A stretch of DNA of 64,000 nt. Origin: Candidatus Moraniibacteriota bacterium (lineage in GTDB: Bacteria; Patescibacteriota; Minisyncoccia; Moranbacterales; GCA-2747515). The DNA is taken from NCBI GenBank assembly GCA_027031495.1, contig JALVQA010000014.1, positions 849 to 64,848 on the forward strand, given 5' to 3'. The translations under genes and the position numbers were made by a program. Below the pieces are notes generated by a model, which was not told the DNA's origin, ran no database searches, and worked only from the letters and a program-made list of their open reading frames with translations. Shown in pieces: positions 29,673 through 39,265 of the stretch (its first letter is position 1; each line of letters opens with the position of its first letter).

Positions 29673-31100
29673 CTACCGCACTGTATCAACAAATAACACA
29701 TTTGTTGTGCCGCTCTTGCCAAAAGGAATACCAGCAGCAATAACAATACGATCACCTTTTTGCGCAACACCATTCTGTGCAACAATGCCTCGTGCCTTCC
29801 TGCCAGCCTCCACAAGACTCTTGAAGTCTTTCCTTATTTTGCGCGGATAACACCCAAATGACAAAACCGTTTCTCGACACACAGACTCGTGTGGTGAAAG
29901 AACAATAATTGGCTGTCGCGGACGATAACGTGAAACTTTCCGCGCTGTAAAACCAGAATTTGTGAGTGCAACAATAGCAGCAGCATCTATGTCGTCCGCC
30001 GTCTGAATAACACTCCGCGCAACAGCATTTACTGTACGTCGTGTGTGCTCCTCATCATCCTGCACCCGTTTATATGGCATATCGCGCTCTGTGCGACATG
30101 CAACAGATGCCATAACGGTAACGGCTTCATGCGGATATTTGCCAATTGCCGTTTCTGCACTCAACATTACGGCGTCCGTTCCATCCAAAATCGCATTTGT
30201 CACATCTGCCACTTCGGCGCGCGTCGGCACCGGCGCATTGATCATTGATTCCAGCATCTGTGTCGCTACAATCACCGGCTTACCAACGGTATTGCATTTT
30301 TTAATAATCATCTTTTGATAGTGCGGCACATTTTCCGCCGGCACTTCCACAGCCAAGTCACCACGTGCAACCATAACGCCATCTGCAACAGAAATAATTG
30401 CATCAATATCCTCAATCGCCTCTTGTGTTTCAATTTTTGCAATAATTTTTGCATGTGATTTTTTGCGCGTCAGGATTCTGCGCAATTGCACAACATCTTT
30501 TGCACCACGCACAAAAGATAGTGCAAAAAAATCGACGTCATTTTCAATACCAAAGAGAATATCTCTTTTATCCTTTGCCGTAAGACAACTAACACTCAAA
30601 TGTGCACCGGGCACATTCACGCCCCGTCGCGAGCGAATAAGACCGCCGACAATTACGCGTGTCATGACCTCCGTGTCTGTGGTACGCACAACCTCCAGAC
30701 GCTTTGTTCCATCATCAAGAAGAATTGCTTGACCTGCGTCAACTTCCTGAGGAAGACGTTTGTAATTAACATATACACGCTCAGGTGTGCCAACGCATTT
30801 CTTCGTGGAAAGCGTAAACAATGCACCTTCCTTAAGAACAATCTTTCCCCCTTCAAAGTCACCGATGCGTATTTTTGGTCCACCAAGGTCTTGCAGGAGC
30901 GCTATATGCCGGCGAGCCCGACGTGCACTGCGACGTACAGCGTCAATGCGTTTTTTGTGTTCAGCGTGATCACCATGCGAAAAATTAAAGCGCACAACAT
31001 CCACACCGGCATCAAGCAACGTATCCAATACGTCACTTTTTTCTGATGCCGGACCAATCGTCATAACGATCTTTGTCTTTTTTCTACACACTCTCTGCAT
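29673..31100 (-). CDS. pyk: Pyruvate kinase.
   Basis: KIVMTIGPASEKSDVLDTLLDAGVDVVRFNFSHGDHAEH N-terminus. 475 aa including a C-terminal effector domain. Confidence 0.92.
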   Translation of the reverse strand: MQRVCRKKTKIVMTIGPASEKSDVLDTLLDAGVDVVRFNFSHGDHAEHKKRIDAVRRSARRARRHIALLQDLGGPKIRIGDFEGGKIVLKEGALFTLSTKKCVGTPERVYVNYKRLPQEVDAGQAILLDDGTKRLEVVRTTDTEVMTRVIVGGLIRSRRGVNVPGAHLSVSCLTAKDKRDILFGIENDVDFFALSFVRGAKDVVQLRRILTRKKSHAKIIAKIETQEAIEDIDAIISVADGVMVARGDLAVEVPAENVPHYQKMIIKKCNTVGKPVIVATQMLESMINAPVPTRAEVADVTNAILDGTDAVMLSAETAIGKYPHEAVTVMASVACRTERDMPYKRVQDDEEHTRRTVNAVARSVIQTADDIDAAAIVALTNSGFTARKVSRYRPRQPIIVLSPHESVCRETVLSFGCYPRKIRKDFKSLVEAGRKARGIVAQNGVAQKGDRIVIAAGIPFGKSGTTNVLFVDTVR

Positions 31101-31251
31101 ATTTTTGCCACTAAATTTCTCAGTTTATAACACGGTCTATAATACAATAAATATATGTCGGTGTCAATATATTTACGCACTTAACACACAACAACGTGCT
31201 CACTGCACGTTGTTGTGTTTACTAATCTCTCTGTAATACGCCTGAAACTTA

Positions 31252-31629
31252 TTATTTGCTCTTTGGCAATGATTCGCATGCAACACCATCGCCATCACCG
31301 TCAAGACGATTCACGTCTTTGCCTGCGCCACCGCAGCGCTCCATAACATCTTGTGCCTGCTCCTGATACGTAAAATCCGAACAGTTATACTCATCTGCTT
31401 CACAATTAACAACCAGTGGTGATACGCCATCAAAATTGATGTTACCGTCACTGTCTCTGAGCACTTTTGAGCCAGAAAGACCTTTGCCGGATAGGAGGGC
31501 GCCAAGATCAAAATCATTCTCCGTAAACTCAAGACCAAAGGCGGCTACGAGAAGTGCAATAATTACACCAAGACCACCCTTAACAAATTTGTAGTATTTC
31601 TTTGGTACTTTGACTTTTGGTACTGCCAT
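31252..31629 (-). CDS. Excalibur-domain (extracellular Ca-binding) membrane-anchored protein.
   Basis: N-terminal TM segment ([15 protein letters not shown]). C-terminal [10 protein letters not shown] matches the Excalibur DxDxDGxxCE signature. Confidence 0.6.
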   Translation of the reverse strand: MAVPKVKVPKKYYKFVKGGLGVIIALLVAAFGLEFTENDFDLGALLSGKGLSGSKVLRDSDGNINFDGVSPLVVNCEADEYNCSDFTYQEQAQDVMERCGGAGKDVNRLDGDGDGVACESLPKSK

Positions 31630-31820
31630 ATAACTTTATCTAAAAACTTATTTATAATTCTTTTTTAAGAATGTTATGCGGGTTCAATCATAATAAAGAG
31701 CGCAACAGCAACAATAATAAGAAACGCGATAAGAGCAAGACGTATTTTCTTATTGCCACGAATATTCATAATATTTTTTTACTACAAACTTATAATACTT
31801 CTTACAGTATATCATAAACA

Positions 31821-32561
31821 TCAATGACCATCATCTGTTCCACACCAGTACAAAACCGTCAATATCACAAATGCAACAGCACCGGCAAGACGTTCTGCCA
31901 CCGCATTCTCATATGCAGATTTTTTATCTTCTGCTACATTCCTCTCTGGAGCAGCTACCCAAAATCGCATGCGATAAATCTTTTGCCCTGCTGTAACTTT
32001 TGCGTTCTCCCAATCTGTTGTCACGCCGTATGGTGGTGCGTCAAAAAATTCATATGCATAGTTGCACTCATCTAAAATGGCAACTGTATCATCAAAGAGA
32101 TCTTTGCGATCTGTCTGAAATATCCATGTCGTACGCGGATCGAGCCACTCTTCAGTTGATTTGAGGAATTTTTTTGTAATAATGCGACGCTTGTTATGTC
32201 GCTTTTTTGGCCATGGATCGGGAAAATTAACATAAATTTCCCGTATGAAAGCCCCCGCTTTTTGCGATGGCAAGAGAATATTCTTTAAGTTACGCGTTGC
32301 ATCACCATCAAAAACAACAACATTGTCATATTCTTTGAAACGCTTACGCAGATATTGCGCCATACGCGCGCGCACCTCAAGTGCGATGTAGTTATGTTCC
32401 GGAAACTGCTCAAGGAGTCCGGCGATAAATTCGCCTTTGAACGCACCAATGTCAACAACAATATCGTACAGGTTATCAAAACCATCAAAGTGATGTTCTT
32501 TGAGAATACTTAGCGGATTAACATGGTGACGAATGCGGTTTTTCATGTATTTACGTATCAA
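31821..32561 (-). CDS. trmB: tRNA (guanine46-N7)-methyltransferase.
   Basis: NFPDPWPKKRHNKRR motif characteristic of TrmB, plus a SAM-binding VVDIGAFKGEF region. Confidence 0.85.
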   Translation of the reverse strand: MIRKYMKNRIRHHVNPLSILKEHHFDGFDNLYDIVVDIGAFKGEFIAGLLEQFPEHNYIALEVRARMAQYLRKRFKEYDNVVVFDGDATRNLKNILLPSQKAGAFIREIYVNFPDPWPKKRHNKRRIITKKFLKSTEEWLDPRTTWIFQTDRKDLFDDTVAILDECNYAYEFFDAPPYGVTTDWENAKVTAGQKIYRMRFWVAAPERNVAEDKKSAYENAVAERLAGAVAFVILTVLYWCGTDDGH

Positions 32562-32629
32562 ACAAAGTTATGCTACTATATGTGGTAATATCGGTGTATC
32601 ATCATCACCACAATAATATCACAAATACT

Positions 32630-32827
32630 ATGTTTGATGAAAGTAAATTAAACCCCGAAGCACGTGCACTCATTGAAAATTCACGGAGGCGTTGTGAGCA
32701 ACCTGATGATTATGATAGACCAAAAACTGTAGATGATATCATCAAGAAGGATGGAGAAACTCAGATATCCGATCGTGAAGAAGAAGCTGATAACGCGAGA
32801 GCGAACAACGAAGAATCGTCGCAATAA
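32630..32827 (+). CDS. Small acidic hypothetical protein, 65 aa from MFDESKL.
   Basis: ORF immediately upstream of the SET-domain gene on the same strand. ORF-track start at 32570 is less likely. Confidence 0.3.
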   Translation: MFDESKLNPEARALIENSRRRCEQPDDYDRPKTVDDIIKKDGETQISDREEEADNARANNEESSQ

Positions 32828-32857
32828 ACTTGTAGAGAGAATTTTGCAAAGATTACT

Positions 32858-33286
32858 ATGGCACGCAACATTACAACTGACAATTGCATCGTAAAGCGTG
32901 CACGAACGGGTCTCGGACTCTTTGCGCGCAAAAACCTCCGCAAAGGTGATTTTGTTATTGAGTATACCGGTAAGCGCCTTACGCCGGAAGAAGCTGACAA
33001 AAAAGGTGGGCGCTATCTTTTTGCTGTCGACGATGAAATAACGCTTGACGCTTCAGCGCGACACCACATTGCGCGCTATATGAATCACTCTTGCAATCCA
33101 AACTGTGAGGCAATCATTGAAGAATATGACGACGGTGATAAGCGCATCATGATTTATGCACTGCGCGATATTGGTGCCGGCGAAGAATTGACGTTTGACT
33201 ATGGTGAAGAGTACTTTAATGACTTTATCGAACCCAACGGATGCAAGTGTGATGCATGCACTACCATCAAACACCGTAGAGCATAA
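32858..33286 (+). CDS. SET-domain protein (putative protein-lysine methyltransferase).
   Basis: NHSCNPN and ELTFDYG SET motifs. A C-terminal Cys cluster (CKCDAC) is post-SET-like. 142 aa. Confidence 0.85.
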   Translation: MARNITTDNCIVKRARTGLGLFARKNLRKGDFVIEYTGKRLTPEEADKKGGRYLFAVDDEITLDASARHHIARYMNHSCNPNCEAIIEEYDDGDKRIMIYALRDIGAGEELTFDYGEEYFNDFIEPNGCKCDACTTIKHRRA

Positions 33287-33316
33287 TCGCATTTTCCCAG
33301 TGAAAATTATTTGCGT

Positions 33317-33344
33317 AAAAACACCGCTTCATAGGTGTTTTTAT
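33317..33344. terminator. Bidirectional rho-independent terminator between the SET gene (+) and ychF (-).
   Basis: AAAAACACC-GCTTCATA-GGTGTTTTTAT hairpin flanked by A-run and T-run. Confidence 0.55.
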
Positions 33345-33456
33345 ATTATGTACTCTCTAAATGCAACGTATAGAAAATGATTTTATGGAAAAATGAATCT
33401 TCTGAAGCCTTGTCGCTTATCAGCATTGTATTAACACACGTTTCAACGTCGTCTCG

Positions 33457-34506
33457 TTACGCACCATGTTTAAATTCCATCACGTCACCGTCGCACACGA
33501 CGTAGTCCTTGCCGACTGTGTGCACTTTACCCTCTTCTCGCGCCGCAGAACGTGACCCGCACGCAACCAAATCCTCCCAAAAGACCACGTCCGCGCAGAT
33601 AAACTTCTTCTCAAAATCCGTGTGAATTACACCGGCGGCCTGTGGTGCTGTCGCACCTTTTTTGATCGTCCACGCACGCGTCTCCATCTCACCCGTCGTA
33701 AAGTAAGTGTGCAAACCGAGCAGATCGTATGCCGCCGTAATGAGTGTCTCAAGGTGCGAGGCTATGCCAAGTTCCGCCGCCTCTTCCGGCGTCATCGCGA
33801 TGAGCTCTTCTTCAATCTTTATATCAAGTTGCACGTGTGGCGCAGCGGCAAGTTCGTCTGGAAGTGTATCCCCTTCCATCATGTTGTACACATACAGAAG
33901 CGGCTTCATCGTCAAAAGCGCCATTTCACGCACAATCGTTTGCGTGTTCGTGTCTGTCATGTCCAAGTCCACGCTTCGTGCGCGCTTTCCCGCGTCCAGT
34001 GCCGCACGGATACGCTCTACCACCGCCAACTGCGCTTGCGCATCTTTGTCATTGCCACGCGCACGCTTGGTTAAGCGCTCAATCGTTTTGTCAACCGTTG
34101 CCATATCCGCAAGAATCAGTTCCGTTTCAATAATAGCGATGTCACGCGCCGGATCCACACTGTCGTGCACATGTGTAATCGTATCATTGGCAAAGACGCG
34201 CACAACGTGCACGATGGCATCTACCTCACGAATATTATGCAAAAACTTGTTGCCCAGCCCCTCGCCCTCGCTTGCGCCTTTCACAAGTCCGGCAATGTCC
34301 ACAAATTCCACAATTGCGGGAATTGTCTTTTTGCTCCGGGAAACACGTGCAAGCGCTGCAAGACGCTTATCCGGCACCTCAACGACGCCAACATTTGGCT
34401 CAATCGTACAGAACGGGTAGTTGTTGATGTCTACATCATTGCGTGTCAGCGCCTTAAAAAGCGTTGATTTGCCGACATTCGGCAGTCCGACAATACCGAT
34501 TTTCAT
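33457..34506 (-). CDS. ychF: Ribosome-binding ATPase YchF (Obg-like ATPase).
   Basis: MKIGIVGLPNVGKSTLFKALT P-loop, a TGS-like C-terminus, and the YchF-typical length of 349 aa. Confidence 0.93.
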   Translation of the reverse strand: MKIGIVGLPNVGKSTLFKALTRNDVDINNYPFCTIEPNVGVVEVPDKRLAALARVSRSKKTIPAIVEFVDIAGLVKGASEGEGLGNKFLHNIREVDAIVHVVRVFANDTITHVHDSVDPARDIAIIETELILADMATVDKTIERLTKRARGNDKDAQAQLAVVERIRAALDAGKRARSVDLDMTDTNTQTIVREMALLTMKPLLYVYNMMEGDTLPDELAAAPHVQLDIKIEEELIAMTPEEAAELGIASHLETLITAAYDLLGLHTYFTTGEMETRAWTIKKGATAPQAAGVIHTDFEKKFICADVVFWEDLVACGSRSAAREEGKVHTVGKDYVVCDGDVMEFKHGA

Positions 34507-34583
34507 AGTGTATATAATTATTCTTTTACGTATAAAAATGCTATACTAGCACTGTACGCGAAACTAACTAAACTGTAAATATT

Positions 34584-35948
34584 ATGAACGCCGATATTTT
34601 TAAAGCTTATGATATTCGCGGTATTTATCCGACGGAGATTAACGAGGATGTCACTTATGCAATTGGGCGCGCTATTGTGAAGGAACTTGATGCGCATACA
34701 CTCGCTGTCGGTCGCGATGCGCGCGATAGTGGGCCAGCATTACATGCGGCACTTATCCGCGGCATCACCGACGCGGGCTGTCATGTTGTAGATCTTGGTA
34801 TGGTTACAACACCGATGCTCTACTTCGCCTCATGGCACCTGAAAGATGTGGACGGCGCTGTTGCTGTGACTGCCAGTCATAATCCACCAGAGTACAACGG
34901 CATTAAAATTTGTCGTAAAAATGTCGTACAAGTTGGCGGTGACAGTGGTCTTGCTGCCATTCGCGATACGGCACGTCACATCCTCACAGAAAAGACACTA
35001 CAGCATAGTGATAACGGCCGCGTTTCAACGCGCGACATCCGCGCACCATACGCTGATTACATTGCACAATTCGCCGCTTTCGGTGATAAAAAATTTCACA
35101 TTGTTGTAGACTGCGCCAATACAATGGGTGTCCTCGAATTACCGCTTTATGAGCGTTTCCCACAAAATATACGCCTTACAAAATTGTACTGTGATCTTGA
35201 TCACGCATATGAAGCGCACGAGGCCAATCCACTCAAAGCAGAAACACTGGATGAATTGCGCGAAAGGGTTATGGAAACCGGGGCATCACTTGGTGTGGCA
35301 TATGACGGTGATGCTGACCGCGTAGGCTTTGTGGATGAGCGCGGTGACATTGTTCCGATGGATCTCATTACCGGCCTTTTAGCGCGCATTATTCTCGCAG
35401 GCCATCCCGGCGCAACCATCCTTTATGATTTACGCTCATCACAAGCAGTCAGAGAAGTTATTGAAGAGGCGGGCGGCATTGCCAAGGAGTGTCGTGTTGG
35501 CGGACCATTTATTCGTGACCACATGCGACGCACTGGTGCACTTCTTGCTGGTGAGATCAGTGGTCACTACTACTTTGACACAAACCACACTGGCGAGCTC
35601 CCGACATACGCAACATTTCTTCTTCTCAATCTCATGGCGCAAACAAATAAAAATCTCTCCACGCTCGTCGCAGACCTTAAGCGCTACTACAAAATTCCCG
35701 AAACAAATGTTACCGTAGATAATCCAATGGCGGTAATGATGCGTCTTAAAGAGCGCTACAATGATGGTGTATTAAATGAAAGTGATGGCATTAAAATCAG
35801 CTATTGGAATGTGCCGCATGGGCAGCGCTGGTGGTTCAGTGTTCGCGTCTCAAACACTGAACCAGTTATGCGCCTCAATCTTGAGGCCGACACGGAAGAA
35901 CTCATGAATACAAAGCGCGACGAAATATTACGTATTATGCGCGCCTAG
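34584..35948 (+). CDS. Phosphomannomutase/phosphoglucomutase (alpha-D-phosphohexomutase).
   Basis: TASHNPPEYNGIK phosphoserine loop, the metal-binding DGDADR motif, and a GEISGH sugar-binding loop. Confidence 0.88.
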   Translation: MNADIFKAYDIRGIYPTEINEDVTYAIGRAIVKELDAHTLAVGRDARDSGPALHAALIRGITDAGCHVVDLGMVTTPMLYFASWHLKDVDGAVAVTASHNPPEYNGIKICRKNVVQVGGDSGLAAIRDTARHILTEKTLQHSDNGRVSTRDIRAPYADYIAQFAAFGDKKFHIVVDCANTMGVLELPLYERFPQNIRLTKLYCDLDHAYEAHEANPLKAETLDELRERVMETGASLGVAYDGDADRVGFVDERGDIVPMDLITGLLARIILAGHPGATILYDLRSSQAVREVIEEAGGIAKECRVGGPFIRDHMRRTGALLAGEISGHYYFDTNHTGELPTYATFLLLNLMAQTNKNLSTLVADLKRYYKIPETNVTVDNPMAVMMRLKERYNDGVLNESDGIKISYWNVPHGQRWWFSVRVSNTEPVMRLNLEADTEELMNTKRDEILRIMRA

Positions 35949-36023
35949 GAATACACGACAATGGACAGTAAAAACGCGCCTGTCAGTGGCGCGTTTTTTA
36001 CGTGTAGTATATAAAGCTTTTTT

Positions 36024-37361
36024 CTAATCACTGTCGGGAATGAGGCGTATGAGAGTGTCATGTGTTTCGAGCGCACGCAATGCAATGTCAACAATTTTCT
36101 TAGAAACGTTTTCCCCATAGAGGTGAGGGAAAGAAAAAAGATCAAGATGTTTCATTGCGCCAAGACAAATATTTGCCGCAATACGCCCACTAATCGGCGG
36201 ACACACAACATTTGATCGCGCAAAGAACGTCTCCGGTCGATCAGAGCCGTAACGCAGGGTAGCTGTTGGGATCTTGAGCAGATTCATTTCTTCCTGCATT
36301 GAACCAGAATCCGTCGCACACAACGTACAGCGTTTCATAGCAGCAATAACATCTGAATATTTTGGCCACACATCAGAAATGATAACATTTTTGTGCGCCT
36401 TAAGTGCACTGAGGCGCCCTGTGAACCCATGACGCTCGATCGCAGCCTTTGTTCCCGGTAGCAAAATCCACAGCACCGGCTTCGGTGACTCTTCTGCAAG
36501 AATTTCTACCAGCTCAAAAAGTGCACTAAAGCGTTCTTGTGATTCTGTATTTTCGCGACGATGCACACATACACGCACAAATCCATCAGCGAGTTGCGGA
36601 AAGCGCTCAAAAATGTGTGACTCAATTTCTTCAGCAAAATCGGCTGCATCCACAACAGAGTTACCAACAACATGAATGCGACTCTGCGGATACCCTTCTC
36701 GTGCCAATGATGCACCAACACGCTCAACGGGCGCAAAAAAGAGACCTGTCCCCGCGTCAGTAGCACGCGTATTCCACTGCTCTGGGTAGGGCTCATGTGA
36801 GCCATACGTGTAGCTTTCTGCATCCGAAGATAGCGCAAACCATGCCGGGAAATCACGTGAAATATCAGTTGTCGTTAGTTTGTCCGCGAGAGATTTTGTA
36901 AGCATCATTGTGCGAATACCCGCCTCCACGTGCGCAACGGCAATGCCATGGGCAAACGCTGCTGTCGTTACAGCAAAACATGTTGTGGTGTCACCGTGTG
37001 TATAGGGCAAAATTTTAAGTGTTGGCGCCGCCGCGCGCAACGCAGCAAAAATGTCACCGGCACGCGCGATAATACTGGCAATATTATCACTTAGCGTACC
37101 GCCAGAGACACCAAGATTAACATCTATATGAAGACCAAACTCTTTTTCAATACCGCCAGAAAGATTCTCATCATAGTGCTGTCCCGTGTGGATGAGAAAT
37201 GCCTTCTCACCGCGTGCAAGGAGTTCACGCAAAATTGGTGCCTGCTTGATAAGATCCGGCTTTGTGCCGACAACAACAAAGTGTGCTGGGCGCATGTCTG
37301 CCGTTACACGCGCAACAAACACATCCAACGATCCATCCCTGTAAAAAATATCTTGTTTCAT
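36024..37361 (-). CDS. UDP-N-acetylglucosamine 2-epimerase-like (WecB / Epimerase_2 family) protein.
   Basis: GTKPDLIKQAPI...HTGQHYD matches the WecB GTRPExIKxAP...TGQH pattern. 445 aa is longer than canonical WecB. Confidence 0.65.
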   Translation of the reverse strand: MKQDIFYRDGSLDVFVARVTADMRPAHFVVVGTKPDLIKQAPILRELLARGEKAFLIHTGQHYDENLSGGIEKEFGLHIDVNLGVSGGTLSDNIASIIARAGDIFAALRAAAPTLKILPYTHGDTTTCFAVTTAAFAHGIAVAHVEAGIRTMMLTKSLADKLTTTDISRDFPAWFALSSDAESYTYGSHEPYPEQWNTRATDAGTGLFFAPVERVGASLAREGYPQSRIHVVGNSVVDAADFAEEIESHIFERFPQLADGFVRVCVHRRENTESQERFSALFELVEILAEESPKPVLWILLPGTKAAIERHGFTGRLSALKAHKNVIISDVWPKYSDVIAAMKRCTLCATDSGSMQEEMNLLKIPTATLRYGSDRPETFFARSNVVCPPISGRIAANICLGAMKHLDLFSFPHLYGENVSKKIVDIALRALETHDTLIRLIPDSD

Positions 37362-37369
37362 AGAAAAAT

Positions 37370-38449
37370 TTACAACTGCTTTATATTTTTAGATTTTTCC
37401 AATTGTTTTACTACATCAGAAATCATTTGTGATTTACTACGATCACAGATGAGGATGGCATCCTCCGTATCCACAATAATCAGATCTTTAACACCAACTG
37501 TTGCAATAAGTTTGTCAGACCCATAAACCAGGAGATTCTCACTGCCAAAGTCAACATGTTCGCCGCGCACAAAGTGATCCTTAGCATTGCTCGTCAACGC
37601 GTCCTTAAGTGACGCCCATGAACCAACATCGCTCCACCCAATTGAAAGCGGCATAACGACAACATGCGTATCATTCTCCACAATCGCATACTCAAAATTA
37701 ATTTTGTCCATAAGCGGATATTCCTCTTTAAGAACGGCATCATATGTGTCTGTTTCGATAGCATCGCGAATGCGTTGCATGCGCTTGTGCGTATCGGGCA
37801 AGAAGCGATTAAATTTTTCCGCCATTGTATCAGCGCGAAACATGTACATGCCGGTATTCCAGTAGTAATTACCATCCTCCATATAACGACGTGCTGTCTC
37901 AACATCTGGCTTCTCCACAAAACGCTCTACTGTGTAGATTGTATCTTCACCGATATGATTATGTTGTGTGGAGCGACGAATATAGCCGTACCCAGTTTCC
38001 GGATAGTCCGGCACAATGCCAAATGTCACGATTGCATCCGGGTGTTTCTCAATGTAGCGCTTGGCATGCACTAATCCTTCCATGAGTGGCGCCGGTTGCT
38101 TTACAAGATGATCAGCCGGGAAGAAGGCAACAATCTCTTTTGGATTATCTGCCGCAATATGCGCAATGCTCAGCGCAAAACTGCTTGCTGTACCACGCGC
38201 TTCCGGCTCAGAGATAATATTTTTCTTTGGTATCTCCGGTAATTCACGTGCTACCTCCTCTGTGTACTCCATATTAGTGGAGACATAGATATCTTTCGGT
38301 GCGTATTTCATGCGTAATCGCGCGAAGGTTTCTTGTAACATTGTTTTATCGGACGTAAGGCACTGAAATTGTTTTGGCTTACTTTGTCGACTGATAGGCC
38401 ATAGTCGCGTACCGCGCCCACCCGCCATAATAACTGCTTTCATAAACAC
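37370..38449 (-). CDS. manC: Mannose-1-phosphate guanylyltransferase.
   Basis: AVIMAGGRGTRLWPISR N-terminal NTP-transferase motif and a ManC-like C-terminal region. 359 aa. Confidence 0.88.
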   Translation of the reverse strand: MFMKAVIMAGGRGTRLWPISRQSKPKQFQCLTSDKTMLQETFARLRMKYAPKDIYVSTNMEYTEEVARELPEIPKKNIISEPEARGTASSFALSIAHIAADNPKEIVAFFPADHLVKQPAPLMEGLVHAKRYIEKHPDAIVTFGIVPDYPETGYGYIRRSTQHNHIGEDTIYTVERFVEKPDVETARRYMEDGNYYWNTGMYMFRADTMAEKFNRFLPDTHKRMQRIRDAIETDTYDAVLKEEYPLMDKINFEYAIVENDTHVVVMPLSIGWSDVGSWASLKDALTSNAKDHFVRGEHVDFGSENLLVYGSDKLIATVGVKDLIIVDTEDAILICDRSKSQMISDVVKQLEKSKNIKQL

Positions 38450-38467
38450 TGTGTCTTTATTTTTTTA

Positions 38468-39265
38468 TTATGAAACACGTTGCCACGGAACATCCAGCAT
38501 GTACCCATACATACCGCCTTGCTGAATAATGTGTGGAAAGATATTGTGCTCTAGAGATTCTTCATCGGGACGTACTAATGCGCACACGGACGGATCGATA
38601 ATGTACATGCCAGCATTAATAAGATGCGCCGTATTAGCACTTTGTTTTTCTACAAACGAAACAACTTTGTTACCGCGCATACGAAGAGAACCATAATTGT
38701 CCGGATCAGGCACTGTTGTCACAGCGATTGTAATGCGCGCTTTTGCATTCTTATGAAATACGAACATATCCGTCAAATCAACGTGATCGACAATAATATG
38801 ACCATTAAACATGACAAATGGCTCAGTCAGTATACTGCGCGCTTGACGTAGTACGCTTGCCGTACCGTGATCATTTTCTATGTACACGACTTTTATGTCG
38901 TAGCGCGATCCATCACCCACAATCGCACGTACGGCGTCACCGAAAGCGCCGACCGCCAAAATCACCTCCGTAACACCAGCATCTTTGAGAAGTGCAATAT
39001 GACGTTCTACCAAAGGCACGCCATCAACTATTGCCACTAATGGTGACGTTTTTACACCATCTATTGTTATGCCGGCACCACCACCAAGAATAACGGCTGT
39101 ACGCAAAAACGTGTCACCAAACTTTTCTATAAGAATTTTTTCAATGGCATGCGAGCGATTGCGCACATTTTTGCCATCAATTATCTCATCAATCTGTCGC
39201 AGCAAATCACGTCGCAGCGTAATCGTTAATCGTTCTCGTTTTATCATGTTTTTGTGTATTATCAA
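38468..39265 (-). CDS. Fusion protein: N-terminal ribbon-helix-helix (CopG/Arc-like) domain joined to a sugar-phosphate nucleotidyltransferase domain.
   Basis: RLTITLRRDLLRQIDEII...RSHAIEKIL is RHH-like. The downstream region AVILGGGAG...VTEVILAVG...INAGMYIIDPSV matches the NTP_transferase fold. Confidence 0.65.
   Translation of the reverse strand: MIIHKNMIKRERLTITLRRDLLRQIDEIIDGKNVRNRSHAIEKILIEKFGDTFLRTAVILGGGAGITIDGVKTSPLVAIVDGVPLVERHIALLKDAGVTEVILAVGAFGDAVRAIVGDGSRYDIKVVYIENDHGTASVLRQARSILTEPFVMFNGHIIVDHVDLTDMFVFHKNAKARITIAVTTVPDPDNYGSLRMRGNKVVSFVEKQSANTAHLINAGMYIIDPSVCALVRPDEESLEHNIFPHIIQQGGMYGYMLDVPWQRVS

Noticed and set aside
33707-34420. 237-aa + strand ORF antisense to ychF.
   Set aside because: Ser/Ala-rich low-complexity translation opposite a highly conserved GTPase gene. 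Spurious.
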